Shown: in pieces, positions 49,930-60,462 of the stretch
Layout of the letters: the number at the start of each line of letters is the position of its first letter
Numbering within the stretch: position 1 is the first letter of the stretch
NCBI GenBank assembly: GCA_963667255.1
Contig: OY762940.1
Coordinates: forward strand, 128,001 to 192,000
Reading direction: 5' to 3'
Length of the DNA stretch: 64,000 nt
Source of the DNA: Candidatus Cloacimonadota bacterium
GTDB taxonomy: Bacteria > Cloacimonadota > Cloacimonadia > G963667145
Notes under the pieces: generated by a model
What the model was told of the DNA's origin: nothing
The model's database searches: none
What the model saw: the letters and a program-made list of their open reading frames with translations, nothing else
Translations under genes and position numbers: made by a program

Positions 49930-50793
49930 CCTCTCTCCCCCTCATACCCGTGGAAACGGGTATCCATTCTCGTTTTCGTGCTTCGTCCTCTCACCTGCTC
50001 TCTCCGAAAAAATTATCCATTATCAATTATCACTTGTCAATTGCACTTTGGGAATGCATACGGGAAGAAACAACTGCTGATGTTCCGTCCACTCCCCTTC
50101 TGGATTCCCGCCTACGCGGGAATGAGGGGGGAGGTGTGGGAATGAGGAGGGTGGTGCAGGAATGAGGTGAGGAGGGACGGAACAAAAAAAGCACTGGCGA
50201 GTTCCCAACTCGTCAGTGCTCCGCAATTATTCATTATTCATTCTTATCTTTTATTTACTCTTCTCCCTGCTCCTCTTCGTCCTCTCGCTTGCTCTCTCCA
50301 AAAAAATTATCCATTATCACTTATTAATTATCAATTGCACTTGCACTTGTGCGGGTATCCATTCTTGGCTCGTTCCTCTGACCACATCTGACCACTAAAA
50401 TGTAGCCTCTAAGATTAACTTTATTTGTATGCATTCCCAAGCCTGTCAAGCATAATGAAATTGTGCTTGGCTGGAGCTTGGGAACGAGGAGGGTATGGGC
50501 TTCTTGCTGTTCTTCGTCCCCTCGCTTGCTCCTCTCCAAAAAAATTATCCATTATCACTTATTAATTATCAATTGCTCTTGCACTTGTGCGGGTATCCAT
50601 TCTTGTTTTCGTGCTTCGTCCTCTTACTTGCTCCTCTCCAAAAAAATTATCCATTATCAATTATCACTTGTCAATTGCACTTGTGCGATGTGTCCCAATC
50701 CACTCCCCTTCTGGATTCCCGCCTACGCGGGAATGAGGGGGGAGGTGTGGGAATGAGGGCGGGTGTGCGGGAACGAGGTGAGGCGAGAAGAAC
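49930..50793. repeat. mosaic palindromic intergenic repeat, copy E (largest)
   Basis: ATTCCC-N8-GGGAAT at 50104-50123 and 50715-50734, hairpin at 50191-50219, four heptamer blocks. Confidence 0.9.
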
Positions 50794-50832
50794 AAAAAAA
50801 ATAGACGAATGCGTTTCGCAATCGTCTATTTT
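50794..50832 (-). terminator. terminator downstream of the second GLUG-repeat gene
   Basis: AAAATAGACGA...TCGTCTATTTT with a T8 tail on the minus strand. Confidence 0.75.
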
Positions 50833-50844
50833 ATCAATCAATTA

Positions 50845-53800
50845 TCAATTCCATTGATACACATCACGCACCAAGTAGATGCTATCAATGTTGTTAGAAG
50901 GAACATGCCAATTAGGATGATTTTTGATACCGCTCTCGCCCAGAGTATTGTAAAAAGAGCCTGCATTTGGGATTACGGGAACAGTTGTATTATTAACATC
51001 ATTAAGCCGCCAAATATAAGGAATGGGATGCCCTCTCTCTATCATGCCACCGTTAATATCCCCAATATTCCCGCTGGTATATCCATCGTAATAGCTACAG
51101 TTACTCAATGTGGAGACAGTGTTTGTGCCTATCCCCGCAATATATCCGGTTGACATATCACCAAAAAACCGAGTCGTATGGTTCAGTTCCTCTTTAGAAT
51201 AATATGACTGAGTGTTCAAGCTATATCCTGAATTTACATAACCAATGGCAACACTATCTAAAGTAATACTCTGCTGTATATAACCAAATAAACCTCCTAC
51301 ACTTGTATAATTGTAACTTGCCGAACCACTATAATTAAAGACATACAAAGCCAATCTTTTCCCCACTATTTTGTCGGCATGTCCTACCATCGTGCCGACA
51401 GCTCCCTGATTCCAAAAATCTATCACATAAGGCACATTATTAGTAGCAGACCTAACAGTCATATAAGGATTCTTAACATAGATATCCTCCAAGGTAATTG
51501 TTTGACCGGAATTAGAACCAGCTTCTACAACTGTTTTACTTATCAAAAAACCAAAGCGCACATTCCTACCCTCTAAAAAAGCCTCTCGATGATAATTAGG
51601 CTTATCTATCATCAGTCGTTTAATCGTGAGACTAGTATAAACAGCAGTGAAAAATCCTTCGGTATATTCTATTGGCAAATCTCCCATCTTTTGGCAATAA
51701 CCCTCTATGCTGTGCCCGTGCCCATCGAAGCAGGAAGGACTTGTGTTCATAATATCAAACCAGATTGCAGAGGAACTAATATTGGGATCAGCTTCCTTAT
51801 TCAAATCGACAGCCCAAAATTCAGTATCGCCAGTTCCGTTATCAGCTCTCAACAAAATGTCGGTGTAGAGGTCAACTTTCGTGCTTGTAATTTTCGCATA
51901 GACCCTTTTATTGGTTGCGTCATAATTACAGAAGAATTGTGGAGTAAACATCATCACATTCGAGGTATAGATATAGACCTCGCCCGACCTGTTTGCGTTT
52001 GCTATTTGCTTGGCTTCATACTCAAATCCTCGCTCACTGCCTATGCTACCGAGCGAGCTACTGTTTGCTATGGCCAGCTTGGGATAGTAGTCAGTGGTTA
52101 CATTGCTGGTGTTCCAGCCGTTGCCACTCGTAAATCCTAAGGTATTCCAAATATTAGCTGTATTGCACACAGGCGAAACAGAAGGATAGATATTACCGGC
52201 ATACAGGTTCGCTCCATTTTTCAGGTTAGCACCAACATTTCCAGTGCTTCTGTAAATGTCTGTTCCCCAGTTGACCCCAAATCGCTTGTGATAATACTTA
52301 AAATAGGTCTCCACCCAGCCGTAGTTGTTGGAGAGATTTCCACCATTAGCAGCTATCCTCCCAAAATAAGAACTTTTTTTAGGGTATGCTGCCTTCAAGT
52401 CATAATATTTTATCATAGCTACACAGTTACTCACTGTGCCATAATAATTATCCCCAACTATTCCAGCTATGCAACCCGTGCTAGCATTGGTGTTAGTGCT
52501 TTTGATAATAGACCCTGTAACCAAACAGCGGGTTACAGCTCCCTTGGATAGTGCAGCTATACCTCCAATGGTAACAACTGCAGAGAGTGTCGCCTGCGAG
52601 ACAGAGCAATCGCTGACATTCGCATTATTGTATCCCATGAGTCCACCTGCGTATTGATTCGTAGCTGTGACAATGGCACTGTTCACACAGCATTTGGAGA
52701 TAGTTGTTGCATCAGTATATCCTACCAAACCGCCGACATATTGATTACCCGTAGCGGTTACAGTGTCAACTTTGCTATTAGATACAGCTCCAGTGTTATG
52801 TCCGAGCAGACCACCTGCGTATTGACCGCCACAGCCAACCACTACCCGAGTAGCCGAGCACGAATTAATTGTCGATTCATTCTTCCCGATGAGTCCACCG
52901 GCATGGCTGGTCGTAGCTGTGACAGAGGCACTGTCCACCGTGCAGGAGGTAACAGAAGTTACCTGACTGATATGTCCGACCAAACCTCCGGCATAGCTGG
53001 TCGTAGCTGTGACTCGCACACTATCAACCCTGCATCCGCTAAGAATAACAGAAGAACTATTAATAACCCCGACCAAACCACCTGCATTATTACCAGCTTT
53101 CACAGTCAGGTTTGACCCAGAGCTATTTGTGATAGATTTCTCAGTTTTCCCAACCAGTCCTCCCACTATTTCGTTCATAGCTGTGGCAGTTATCCCTCTC
53201 ACCAAGCAATTGTCGATAGTTCCACCACTATACCCTACGAGTCCACCAACATAGCTGGTCGTAGCTGTGACAGTCGTGTTGGAGGCGGTATCTCTGGTCA
53301 AAGCTCCAGAGTTATAACCAATAAATCCGCCGATATATTGAGAACCCGTAGCGGTTACGGTGTCAACTTTGCTCTCAGATACAGCACCAGTATTATATCC
53401 GAGCAAACCGCCTACATTTCCCCTGTGGTTAACTTTTACTACTACCCGAGTAGCCGAGCACGAATTAATTTTCGAGGCATTATTCCCGATGAGTCCGCCG
53501 GCGTATTGATTACTAGCTGTGACAGAAGCACTGTCCACCGTGCAGGAGGTAATATTTCCTGTATTACTACTATACCCGAGCAAACCACCGACATATCGAT
53601 AACCCGTAGCGGTTACACTGTCAACTCTGCTATGGGAAACAGCTCCCGTATTCATCCCGAGCAAACCACCTGCGTATTCACTGACCACAGCCAACCACTA
53701 CCCGAGTAGCCGAGCACGAATCAATTTTCGCTGTATTATACCCGACGAGCCCGCCGGCATATTGGGAATTAGCTGTGACAGAGACACTGTCCACAGAGCA

Positions 53801-54631
53801 ATTAGTAATACTGGCGGCAGTCCCATCACATTTTCCTGCCAAACCACCCGCATAGCTTACGGTGGTTGTGATATTTACACTCGACACCGAGCAACTATCA
53901 ATAGTCCCTGAATAAAGCCCTACCAAGCCACCCACATTATCCTTCCCCGATATAGTGGCTATAGATGTGCCATTGCTCACTACATGACAATTCCTAATCG
54001 TGGCACCAGCGGGCAAATAACCTACCAAAGCACCAAAATTGCTGTAACTACCCTCTCCGATGCTGTTGATTTTCAGAGTAAGATTATTAATAGTATCGGT
54101 GACAGTCGCCAAAAGTCCTACATGCTGATACTCACCTTTGATAGAAAAGTTGGAGATAGTGTGTCCATTCCCAAAGAACGCTACAACATTGAACAGGGGA
54201 GGCAAAGAATCTCCACCGAAATTTAAATTATTAGTCAAATTTATGGTAATTTTGTATCCGTAGAGTCCCAAGATATTTTTGTAGTCCTCTGTGGAGGCGA
54301 CGGTAACAGTCATATCAAGAAACGGAGAGTAACCTTGCTGACCAGAGCGTTGTATGGGAATAGCTGTTCCCACCTTGAGCCACGGACTACCCGCAGTGCC
54401 ACTGGTAGCGGGGTCCCAGTTGATGCCATTATCATTATTCCAAAAATTAGCATTCTGCAAATCCGATTGTGTGGTGGTTTGTCCGTTTTTGTCGTTGAGA
54501 GCTGCCAGCATCGCACTGCCTGTAGGCAGAGCACCGCTATTTAGTGCCGATTGCACAGATAATCCCACTGCTAAAATACCCGAGAAACACGCTAACAATA
54601 TTCCCGTAAATAAAATTTTTCTACTCTTCAT
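50845..54631 (-). pseudogene. second exported GLUG-repeat protein, split by a +1 frameshift near 53684 (~1261 aa if repaired)
   Basis: ORFs 53678-54658 and 50845-53694 overlap in mid-repeat; one extra base relative to the intact unit GGC TGT GGC GGT CAA TAC at ~48051-48068; could be a sequencing error. Confidence 0.75.
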
Positions 54632-54739
54632 AATTACAACTTCTCCAAATGTATACAACTACGACCAAAGAATAAACAAAACAAAACAAGTCAATTGAAA
54701 ATAAATAAACTATTTGTTTTCATTATCTTCATGCTCCAT

Positions 54740-54985
54740 GCTCCTCTATTTCCTCATCCCCGTGGAAACAGGTATCCATTCTCGTTTTCGAGCTTTGTTC
54801 TCTTACTTGCTCCTCTCCAAAAATTATCCATTATCAATTATCACTTATCAATTATTTTGCATACGGGAAAAAGCAACTGCTCTGTTCCCTACCCTGCCCC
54901 ATCTGGATTCTTGTTTTCGTGCTCAGTCCTCTTCCCTACTCTCCGAAAAAATTATCCATTATCAATTATTAATTATCAATTATTT
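54740..54985. repeat. mosaic palindromic intergenic repeat, copy F
   Basis: CATCCCCGTGGAAACAGGTATCCA variant and two heptamer blocks. Confidence 0.85.
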
Positions 54986-55050
54986 TGTGCTTGACCAAAA
55001 ACCCCGAATTAAACAAACTCAATCAAAATACAACACTAAAGAGGTCGAAG

Positions 55051-55971
55051 ATGAAAATAGGAATATTGGGAACCGGTGGCGTAGGAGGATATTTCGGAGC
55101 AAAACTCGCCACAGCAGGACATCAAGTAAAATTTTTGGCAAGAGGTCAACACCTTGCCAACATCCAAAAAAACGGGCTGATTGTAAAAAGCGTGAAAGGC
55201 GATATGCACCTCAATCCCGCTGATGCCAGCCAAAACCTACAAGATTTTGCCGACTGCCAGCTCATCATATTCACCTGCAAATCTTGGCAAGTCGAACCGC
55301 TCTCCAAGGAACTCAAACCCTATCTGAACAAAAACGCTCTGCTCTTGCCCCTGCAAAACGGCGTGCTGGCTGCGGAAGAGATTTGTAGGCACTTCCCCAA
55401 AGAGAACATCCTCAACGGACTCTGTGTTATTTTTTCCAAAATTACCGCTGCTGGCGAAATCACGCATATGGGCTTAGAGCCGATTATCAAGTTCGGAGAG
55501 TTGGACAAGACTCGTTCGGAAAGGAGCTTGGACATAGAAAAAATGTTTTTGCAAGCCGACATCCAAGCCACGCTCAGCAACGACATCGCCGTGGATTTGT
55601 GGCTCAAATTCGTCGTCATCTGTCTCGGTGTATACGGTGCCACCATGAACGCCACTTACGGCGAACTGCGGGAACTCCCCGAGACCAGAGCGATTTTGCA
55701 AGAAACATTGCAAGAGATTTACACGATTGGCAAAGCCAAGAATATCAATCTTCCCGATGACACTGTCGAGCGAAGTATGAAAGCCGTCGATTCCTATCCC
55801 GCTGATGTTCGCTCATCTCTGGCTCGGGACATCCTTGAGGGGAAATCTTCGGAAATAGAATATCAGACCGGCTGTGTCGTGAAATTTGGAAAAGAACTCG
55901 GCATCAAAACACCTTACAATCAGGCAGCTTACGCAGCGGTGAAAATGATGATGAAGAAAAATAATCTATAG
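55051..55971 (+). CDS. panE: 2-dehydropantoate 2-reductase (PanE/ApbA family)
   Basis: GTGGVGG, LQNG, W.KF, SSL.RD...G..SEIE. Confidence 0.88.
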   Translation: MKIGILGTGGVGGYFGAKLATAGHQVKFLARGQHLANIQKNGLIVKSVKGDMHLNPADASQNLQDFADCQLIIFTCKSWQVEPLSKELKPYLNKNALLLPLQNGVLAAEEICRHFPKENILNGLCVIFSKITAAGEITHMGLEPIIKFGELDKTRSERSLDIEKMFLQADIQATLSNDIAVDLWLKFVVICLGVYGATMNATYGELRELPETRAILQETLQEIYTIGKAKNINLPDDTVERSMKAVDSYPADVRSSLARDILEGKSSEIEYQTGCVVKFGKELGIKTPYNQAAYAAVKMMMKKNNL

Positions 55972-55998
55972 AATTGAATTTTGGGTATTGAAGCCGAT

Positions 55999-56898
55999 AT
56001 GACAAAAGACAATAGTAGGAAGCCTTTGATTCTCGGCTCTCTCTATGCCATGATTGCCACCTTCCTTTGGGCAGGCAACCTCACTATCTCTCGTGGCATC
56101 AGTGCCCATATTTCTCCCATTTCACTCTCTTTGATTAGATGGAGTATAGCCAGCATAGTTTTATTGCCTTTTGGTATCAAGACTCTGCTCAAACAATGGA
56201 CAATCATTAAAAGCAATATGCTCTACCTATTTGTTACAGCTTTTTTGGGAATTGCTCTTTTCAACACCTTGGTCTATACAGCGGGCAAAACTACTACCGC
56301 TATAAATCTTTCCATCATATCCCTCACATTCCCCATTTTCATATTGATATTCTCTGCCCTTTTCTACCATGAAAAAATAAATGCTCAAAGAACCATCGGA
56401 CTCATCTTAGTAATCATCGGCACTATTTATCTGACCACCAAAGGAAATCTTCAAACAATTTTTACAAATAAGCCGGTAATCGGAGATTTGCTAATGCTAC
56501 TGGCATCAATCGTTTTCGCTACCTACAGCATCTTCCTAAAAAATAAGCCAAAAAAACTGGAACTCATTTCACTACAACTACTAACTTTTCTCCTCGGGAC
56601 TATCATTCTGCTTCCTATCTACTTATTGCAAAGTAATCAGAACCTTATTATCCCTTTGAGTTTTAACATGCTTGGGATTTACGCCTATGTAAGCATCTTC
56701 GCTTCGGTAATAGCTTTTGTCTCTTGGAATGCCTCTATATCGCTGATAGGAGCTACCAAAGCAAGCATCATCTACTACATTATTCCTATATTCAGTTCGA
56801 TTTTGGCTTTCTTATTTTTGAACGAAAAAATTGTCTTCTATCAATTTATTTGTTTTGGACTAATTCTGGTTGGCATCTTATTAGCTCGTAAAGATTAA
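55999..56898 (+). CDS. EamA/DMT family transporter
   Basis: ~10 TM helices, duplicated EamA pattern. Confidence 0.88.
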   Translation: MTKDNSRKPLILGSLYAMIATFLWAGNLTISRGISAHISPISLSLIRWSIASIVLLPFGIKTLLKQWTIIKSNMLYLFVTAFLGIALFNTLVYTAGKTTTAINLSIISLTFPIFILIFSALFYHEKINAQRTIGLILVIIGTIYLTTKGNLQTIFTNKPVIGDLLMLLASIVFATYSIFLKNKPKKLELISLQLLTFLLGTIILLPIYLLQSNQNLIIPLSFNMLGIYAYVSIFASVIAFVSWNASISLIGATKASIIYYIIPIFSSILAFLFLNEKIVFYQFICFGLILVGILLARKD

Positions 56899-56974
56899 CA
56901 ATTCGCATAATCCTACGAAACAAAGACTAATATTTTAATCTCAGTCAACCTCGCTACAAATTGGCAATAAACAA

Positions 56975-57469
56975 CTAACCAATCTCTTGCGGCACATCAA
57001 CCGTCAGCACGCAGAACACCTGCATCCCCAGACCTTTGCCAAACTCTGTCAAACCCTCTCCGGTGGTCGCTGTCAGTCCGATTTGCTCTACGCCGATTCC
57101 CAAAATTTTCGCCAAAGACACTCTCAACTCTCCGATTCTGCACTCCAGCTTGGGCTTCAGAGCCTCGATGGAAACCGACAGATGAACAATCTTGCCCTTG
57201 AGATTTCCCAAATCTTCCAAAGCAACCTTGAGATATTCCACACTATCGGTAATCCCCAACTTGCACATCTTGTCGGCGACTTTGCCCAAAATATTTCGCC
57301 CCGTAATCCCCGAAATCGCATTAGTCACCGCATGTAGCACGACATCGCCGTCACTATTGGCGACAAAACTCATCTCCTCGCTAAAACAAATCCCACACAG
57401 AAACAAGCCTTTGCCCGTGTTCTCCAAATCAAAACGGTGACTGTCCTGCCCTATCGCAACTTTAATCAT
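56975..57469 (-). CDS. ispF: 2-C-methyl-D-erythritol 2,4-cyclodiphosphate synthase (divergent)
   Basis: GQDSH, SDGDVVLHA, ATTGEGL; ATGA overlap with the nfo stop. Confidence 0.88.
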   Translation of the reverse strand: MIKVAIGQDSHRFDLENTGKGLFLCGICFSEEMSFVANSDGDVVLHAVTNAISGITGRNILGKVADKMCKLGITDSVEYLKVALEDLGNLKGKIVHLSVSIEALKPKLECRIGELRVSLAKILGIGVEQIGLTATTGEGLTEFGKGLGMQVFCVLTVDVPQEIG

Positions 57470-58311
57470 TTTACCATTCCTTTCACAAGCCGTATTTGCT
57501 CTACATAATCGCAAGATTTGGCGGGTGTTTCCAAGATAAGCGGTTTCCCGTGTCTATAGGCAAAATCCACTACAGCACCAATTCCTGCCAAACCGATTTT
57601 CCCCACTCCCAAATCTTCGTGCCTGTCCACTCTGCTACCCACTTCCTTTTTGGCATCGTTGAGGTGGAAGCAAACCAATCTGTCCAAGCCAAACCTCTTC
57701 TCAAAATCTGCCAACCAATCTTCCACACCCTGCTCAGTTCGCAAATCGTATCCCGCAGCGAAAGCGTGACAGGTATCCAAGCAAAATCCTATCCGCTGAT
57801 GGCACTCCAATTCCCGAAACAGCTCATCCAACTCATCCAACCGAAAACCAATCTCACTCCCCTGACCTGCGGTGTTCTCCAAAACAATCTTCACTTCCTC
57901 GTGAGTGCGGTGCAAAACATAAGTCAGATTTTCTTTGATGTTTTTGAAAGCCTCCGCTTTGGCAAACTCCAAATATTTCCCGATATGTAGCACAATTCCC
58001 ACTCCACCGAGAGCAAAAATTTTGTTCATATCGTCTATCAAACTGTCCGCAACGAAACGGAAATCGCTCAGAGGTTTGGCAAAATTCAAAAGGTAAGAAC
58101 AATGCCCGATAAGGAAAATCCCCTTCTCTTGCAGCTTGCTCCTCACAGTCAAAGCATCCTCCTCGCTCAAATCTTTCACATATCGATAACTTCGCGGACT
58201 TTTCAAAAAAATTTGCACAGCGTTTCCGCCCAAATCTTCCACAATCTCCACAGCGTTCAAAAAACTCTTGGCAATAGAACTGTGCACACCAATCTGCAAA
58301 ATATTTTCCAT
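57466..58311 (-). CDS. nfo: endonuclease IV
   Basis: LENTAGQG, CLDTCHAFAAGYD, HLND, DRHE, ILETP. Confidence 0.95.
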   Translation of the reverse strand: MENILQIGVHSSIAKSFLNAVEIVEDLGGNAVQIFLKSPRSYRYVKDLSEEDALTVRSKLQEKGIFLIGHCSYLLNFAKPLSDFRFVADSLIDDMNKIFALGGVGIVLHIGKYLEFAKAEAFKNIKENLTYVLHRTHEEVKIVLENTAGQGSEIGFRLDELDELFRELECHQRIGFCLDTCHAFAAGYDLRTEQGVEDWLADFEKRFGLDRLVCFHLNDAKKEVGSRVDRHEDLGVGKIGLAGIGAVVDFAYRHGKPLILETPAKSCDYVEQIRLVKGMVK

Positions 58312-58479
58312 CTTTCTCCTCTAATTTAACATTACAGGTTTAAAACATTTGCCCGTAAAACTTGTCAAGTTCTTTGACTTGCACATCTTTCTTTTAAATC
58401 CTTGACTTACAAACAAAACTATAATCCATTGAACGAGGCGTGTTCGCAAGCGACCAAAAACTTTCGGTTAGGTAAGAAT

Positions 58480-59118
58480 ATGAAAATACTACATCTTTCT
58501 GATATTCACGGGAAAGTGGAAAACTTCCAATTCATAGAAGATTTGTTGCAAAACAGCGACTTGATCATTATCAGTGGCGACCTGACGCACATGGGCAAGG
58601 AAACAGCTATGGCGAATATTCTTCACTTCTTGCCTCTATATAAAACACTGGCTCTGTTGGGAAATTGCGACTACCCCTCAACGCTAAAAACCTTGCAAAA
58701 AGCGGACATCTCCATTGATGGACAATGCACGACTATAAGAGGCTACAAAATCTGTGGTTACGGTGGCTCACTACCGACTCCGATTGACACTCCCAATATG
58801 CATCCCGAAGAAGAGTTTTTGCATGTTCTGGACTCCTTTTCCGCTGTTGACATTCTGGTGACACATCAGCCGCCATACGGCACGAAAGCCGATTTACTGC
58901 CCACCGGCGAGCATGTCGGGAGCAAAAACATCACGGAATACATCGGCACTTACCAGCCGAAACTCGCTCTCTGCGGACATATGCACGAAGCCCAATCCGT
59001 CAGCAAAATCGGCGAAACCTTCGTTGTAAATTCGGGTGCTTTGGCTCTCGGGAATTACGCTCTAATAACTCTAACCGACGATAAAATCGACATTAAATTG
59101 GGTAATATCTCATCATGA
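58480..59118 (+). CDS. calcineurin-like metallophosphoesterase
   Basis: SDIHG, GDLT, GNCD, HQPP, GHMHE. Confidence 0.88.
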   Translation: MKILHLSDIHGKVENFQFIEDLLQNSDLIIISGDLTHMGKETAMANILHFLPLYKTLALLGNCDYPSTLKTLQKADISIDGQCTTIRGYKICGYGGSLPTPIDTPNMHPEEEFLHVLDSFSAVDILVTHQPPYGTKADLLPTGEHVGSKNITEYIGTYQPKLALCGHMHEAQSVSKIGETFVVNSGALALGNYALITLTDDKIDIKLGNISS

Positions 59119-60452
59119 TAAAGAATCTCGATAGACAAACCATCCTTGAGCTTCTGGAGACAGGACAAATTGCCCGACTGCACTCGTATCTGCAAGATTC
59201 TCACCCGGGAGACATCGCCGCTATCATCAACGACTTGCCCTACGATGAGCAATATAAACTTTTCAGTCAACTGAAGGTAGGGATTGCCGCAAATGTTATG
59301 CCGGAATTGCACCAAGAGATACAAGAGCAATTTCTGCAAAAGATAAATCCTGCCAAATTAGCCGGAATACTGGGCGAAATGGACAGCGATGATGCGACAG
59401 ACATCCTCAGCGGGATTGAGGACGAGCAAGAGCAAAAATCGATTTTGGAGAGACTGGATTTTGACGACAAGCAATCCATCAAAAAGCTCCTGACTTACGA
59501 TGAAAACACTGCCGGCGGTATCATGCAGTCGGAGGTCGCTCAAGTTCCCAAGAACTTCACCAAAGCCCAAGTCGTTCAGTATATTAAAGAAAACTATGAT
59601 GAAATCGATAATCTCGCCTATATTTTCGTCGTCAATGAGGACTGTGTTTTGGAAGGAAAATTGGACACCTACGCACTTCTCATCATGGACGACAACCAAA
59701 CCATCGGGCAAGCTATGCAAACAGACATCATCTCTACGACCACGAGCACCGACCAAGAAAAAGTCGCTCACCTCTTCCGTAAATACGACCTCTATGCCAT
59801 TCCTGTTGTTGACAGCCAAAATCACCTCTTGGGTCGGATTACCGTTGACGATGTTATTGATGTCATCGATGACGAAGCCTCGGAAGATGTTTATAAAATG
59901 ATGGGGTTGGAAAACGAAGACAAAGTTTTCTCCTCACCGCTTGACTCTTTCGGCAAAAGGATTCCTTGGCTTCTGCTAAACCTCTTCACAGCTATTTTGG
60001 TCTCCAGTGTGGTAGGAATCTTCGAGGGAGTCATCAAAAGCTGGGCGTTCCTTGCCGTGCTAATGCCCATAGTCGCAGGACTCGGAGGAAACTCAGGAGC
60101 ACAAACCCTCACGGTAATCATTCGCGGTATCGCCATGGGCGAGCTGACCACCAACAACTCCATCAAAGCACTTCGCAAAGAGGTCATCGTCAGCATCTGC
60201 AACGGCATCGCCATCGGCTCCGTCGCCGCTCTGATAGCTTGGCTCTACAAAAGCAACATAATGCTCGGTGTCGTCCTCGGAGGCGGTCTAATCTGCAATA
60301 TGCTGATAGCCGGCACAGTGGGAGCCTTAGTCCCCTTACTCCTCAAAAAATTCAAATTAGACCCCGCTCTCGGCTCTAACATCATCGTCACCATGCTCAC
60401 CGACATGGGCGGATTTGCGAGTTTCCTAGGACTTGCAGCCATCCTCCTGTAG
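59115..60452 (+). CDS. mgtE: magnesium transporter MgtE
   Basis: TAGGIM, CBS pair, GRITVDD, GGNSGAQ, DPA. Confidence 0.95.
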   Translation: MIKNLDRQTILELLETGQIARLHSYLQDSHPGDIAAIINDLPYDEQYKLFSQLKVGIAANVMPELHQEIQEQFLQKINPAKLAGILGEMDSDDATDILSGIEDEQEQKSILERLDFDDKQSIKKLLTYDENTAGGIMQSEVAQVPKNFTKAQVVQYIKENYDEIDNLAYIFVVNEDCVLEGKLDTYALLIMDDNQTIGQAMQTDIISTTTSTDQEKVAHLFRKYDLYAIPVVDSQNHLLGRITVDDVIDVIDDEASEDVYKMMGLENEDKVFSSPLDSFGKRIPWLLLNLFTAILVSSVVGIFEGVIKSWAFLAVLMPIVAGLGGNSGAQTLTVIIRGIAMGELTTNNSIKALRKEVIVSICNGIAIGSVAALIAWLYKSNIMLGVVLGGGLICNMLIAGTVGALVPLLLKKFKLDPALGSNIIVTMLTDMGGFASFLGLAAILL

Positions 60453-60462
60453 AAATTTCATT

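Noticed and set aside
49856..50857. Short ORFs containing WIPAYAGM / LDSRLRGNE / NYPLSIINYQL (also at 4721, 9761, 42089, 44488, 54695)
   Set aside because: These are translations of the repeat modules in several overlapping frames, with no RBS or domain signal.
45129..54631. Diversity-generating retroelement (TR/VR pair)
   Set aside because: The long shared block looks identical rather than adenine-mutated, it is internal to both genes, and no reverse transcriptase is present.
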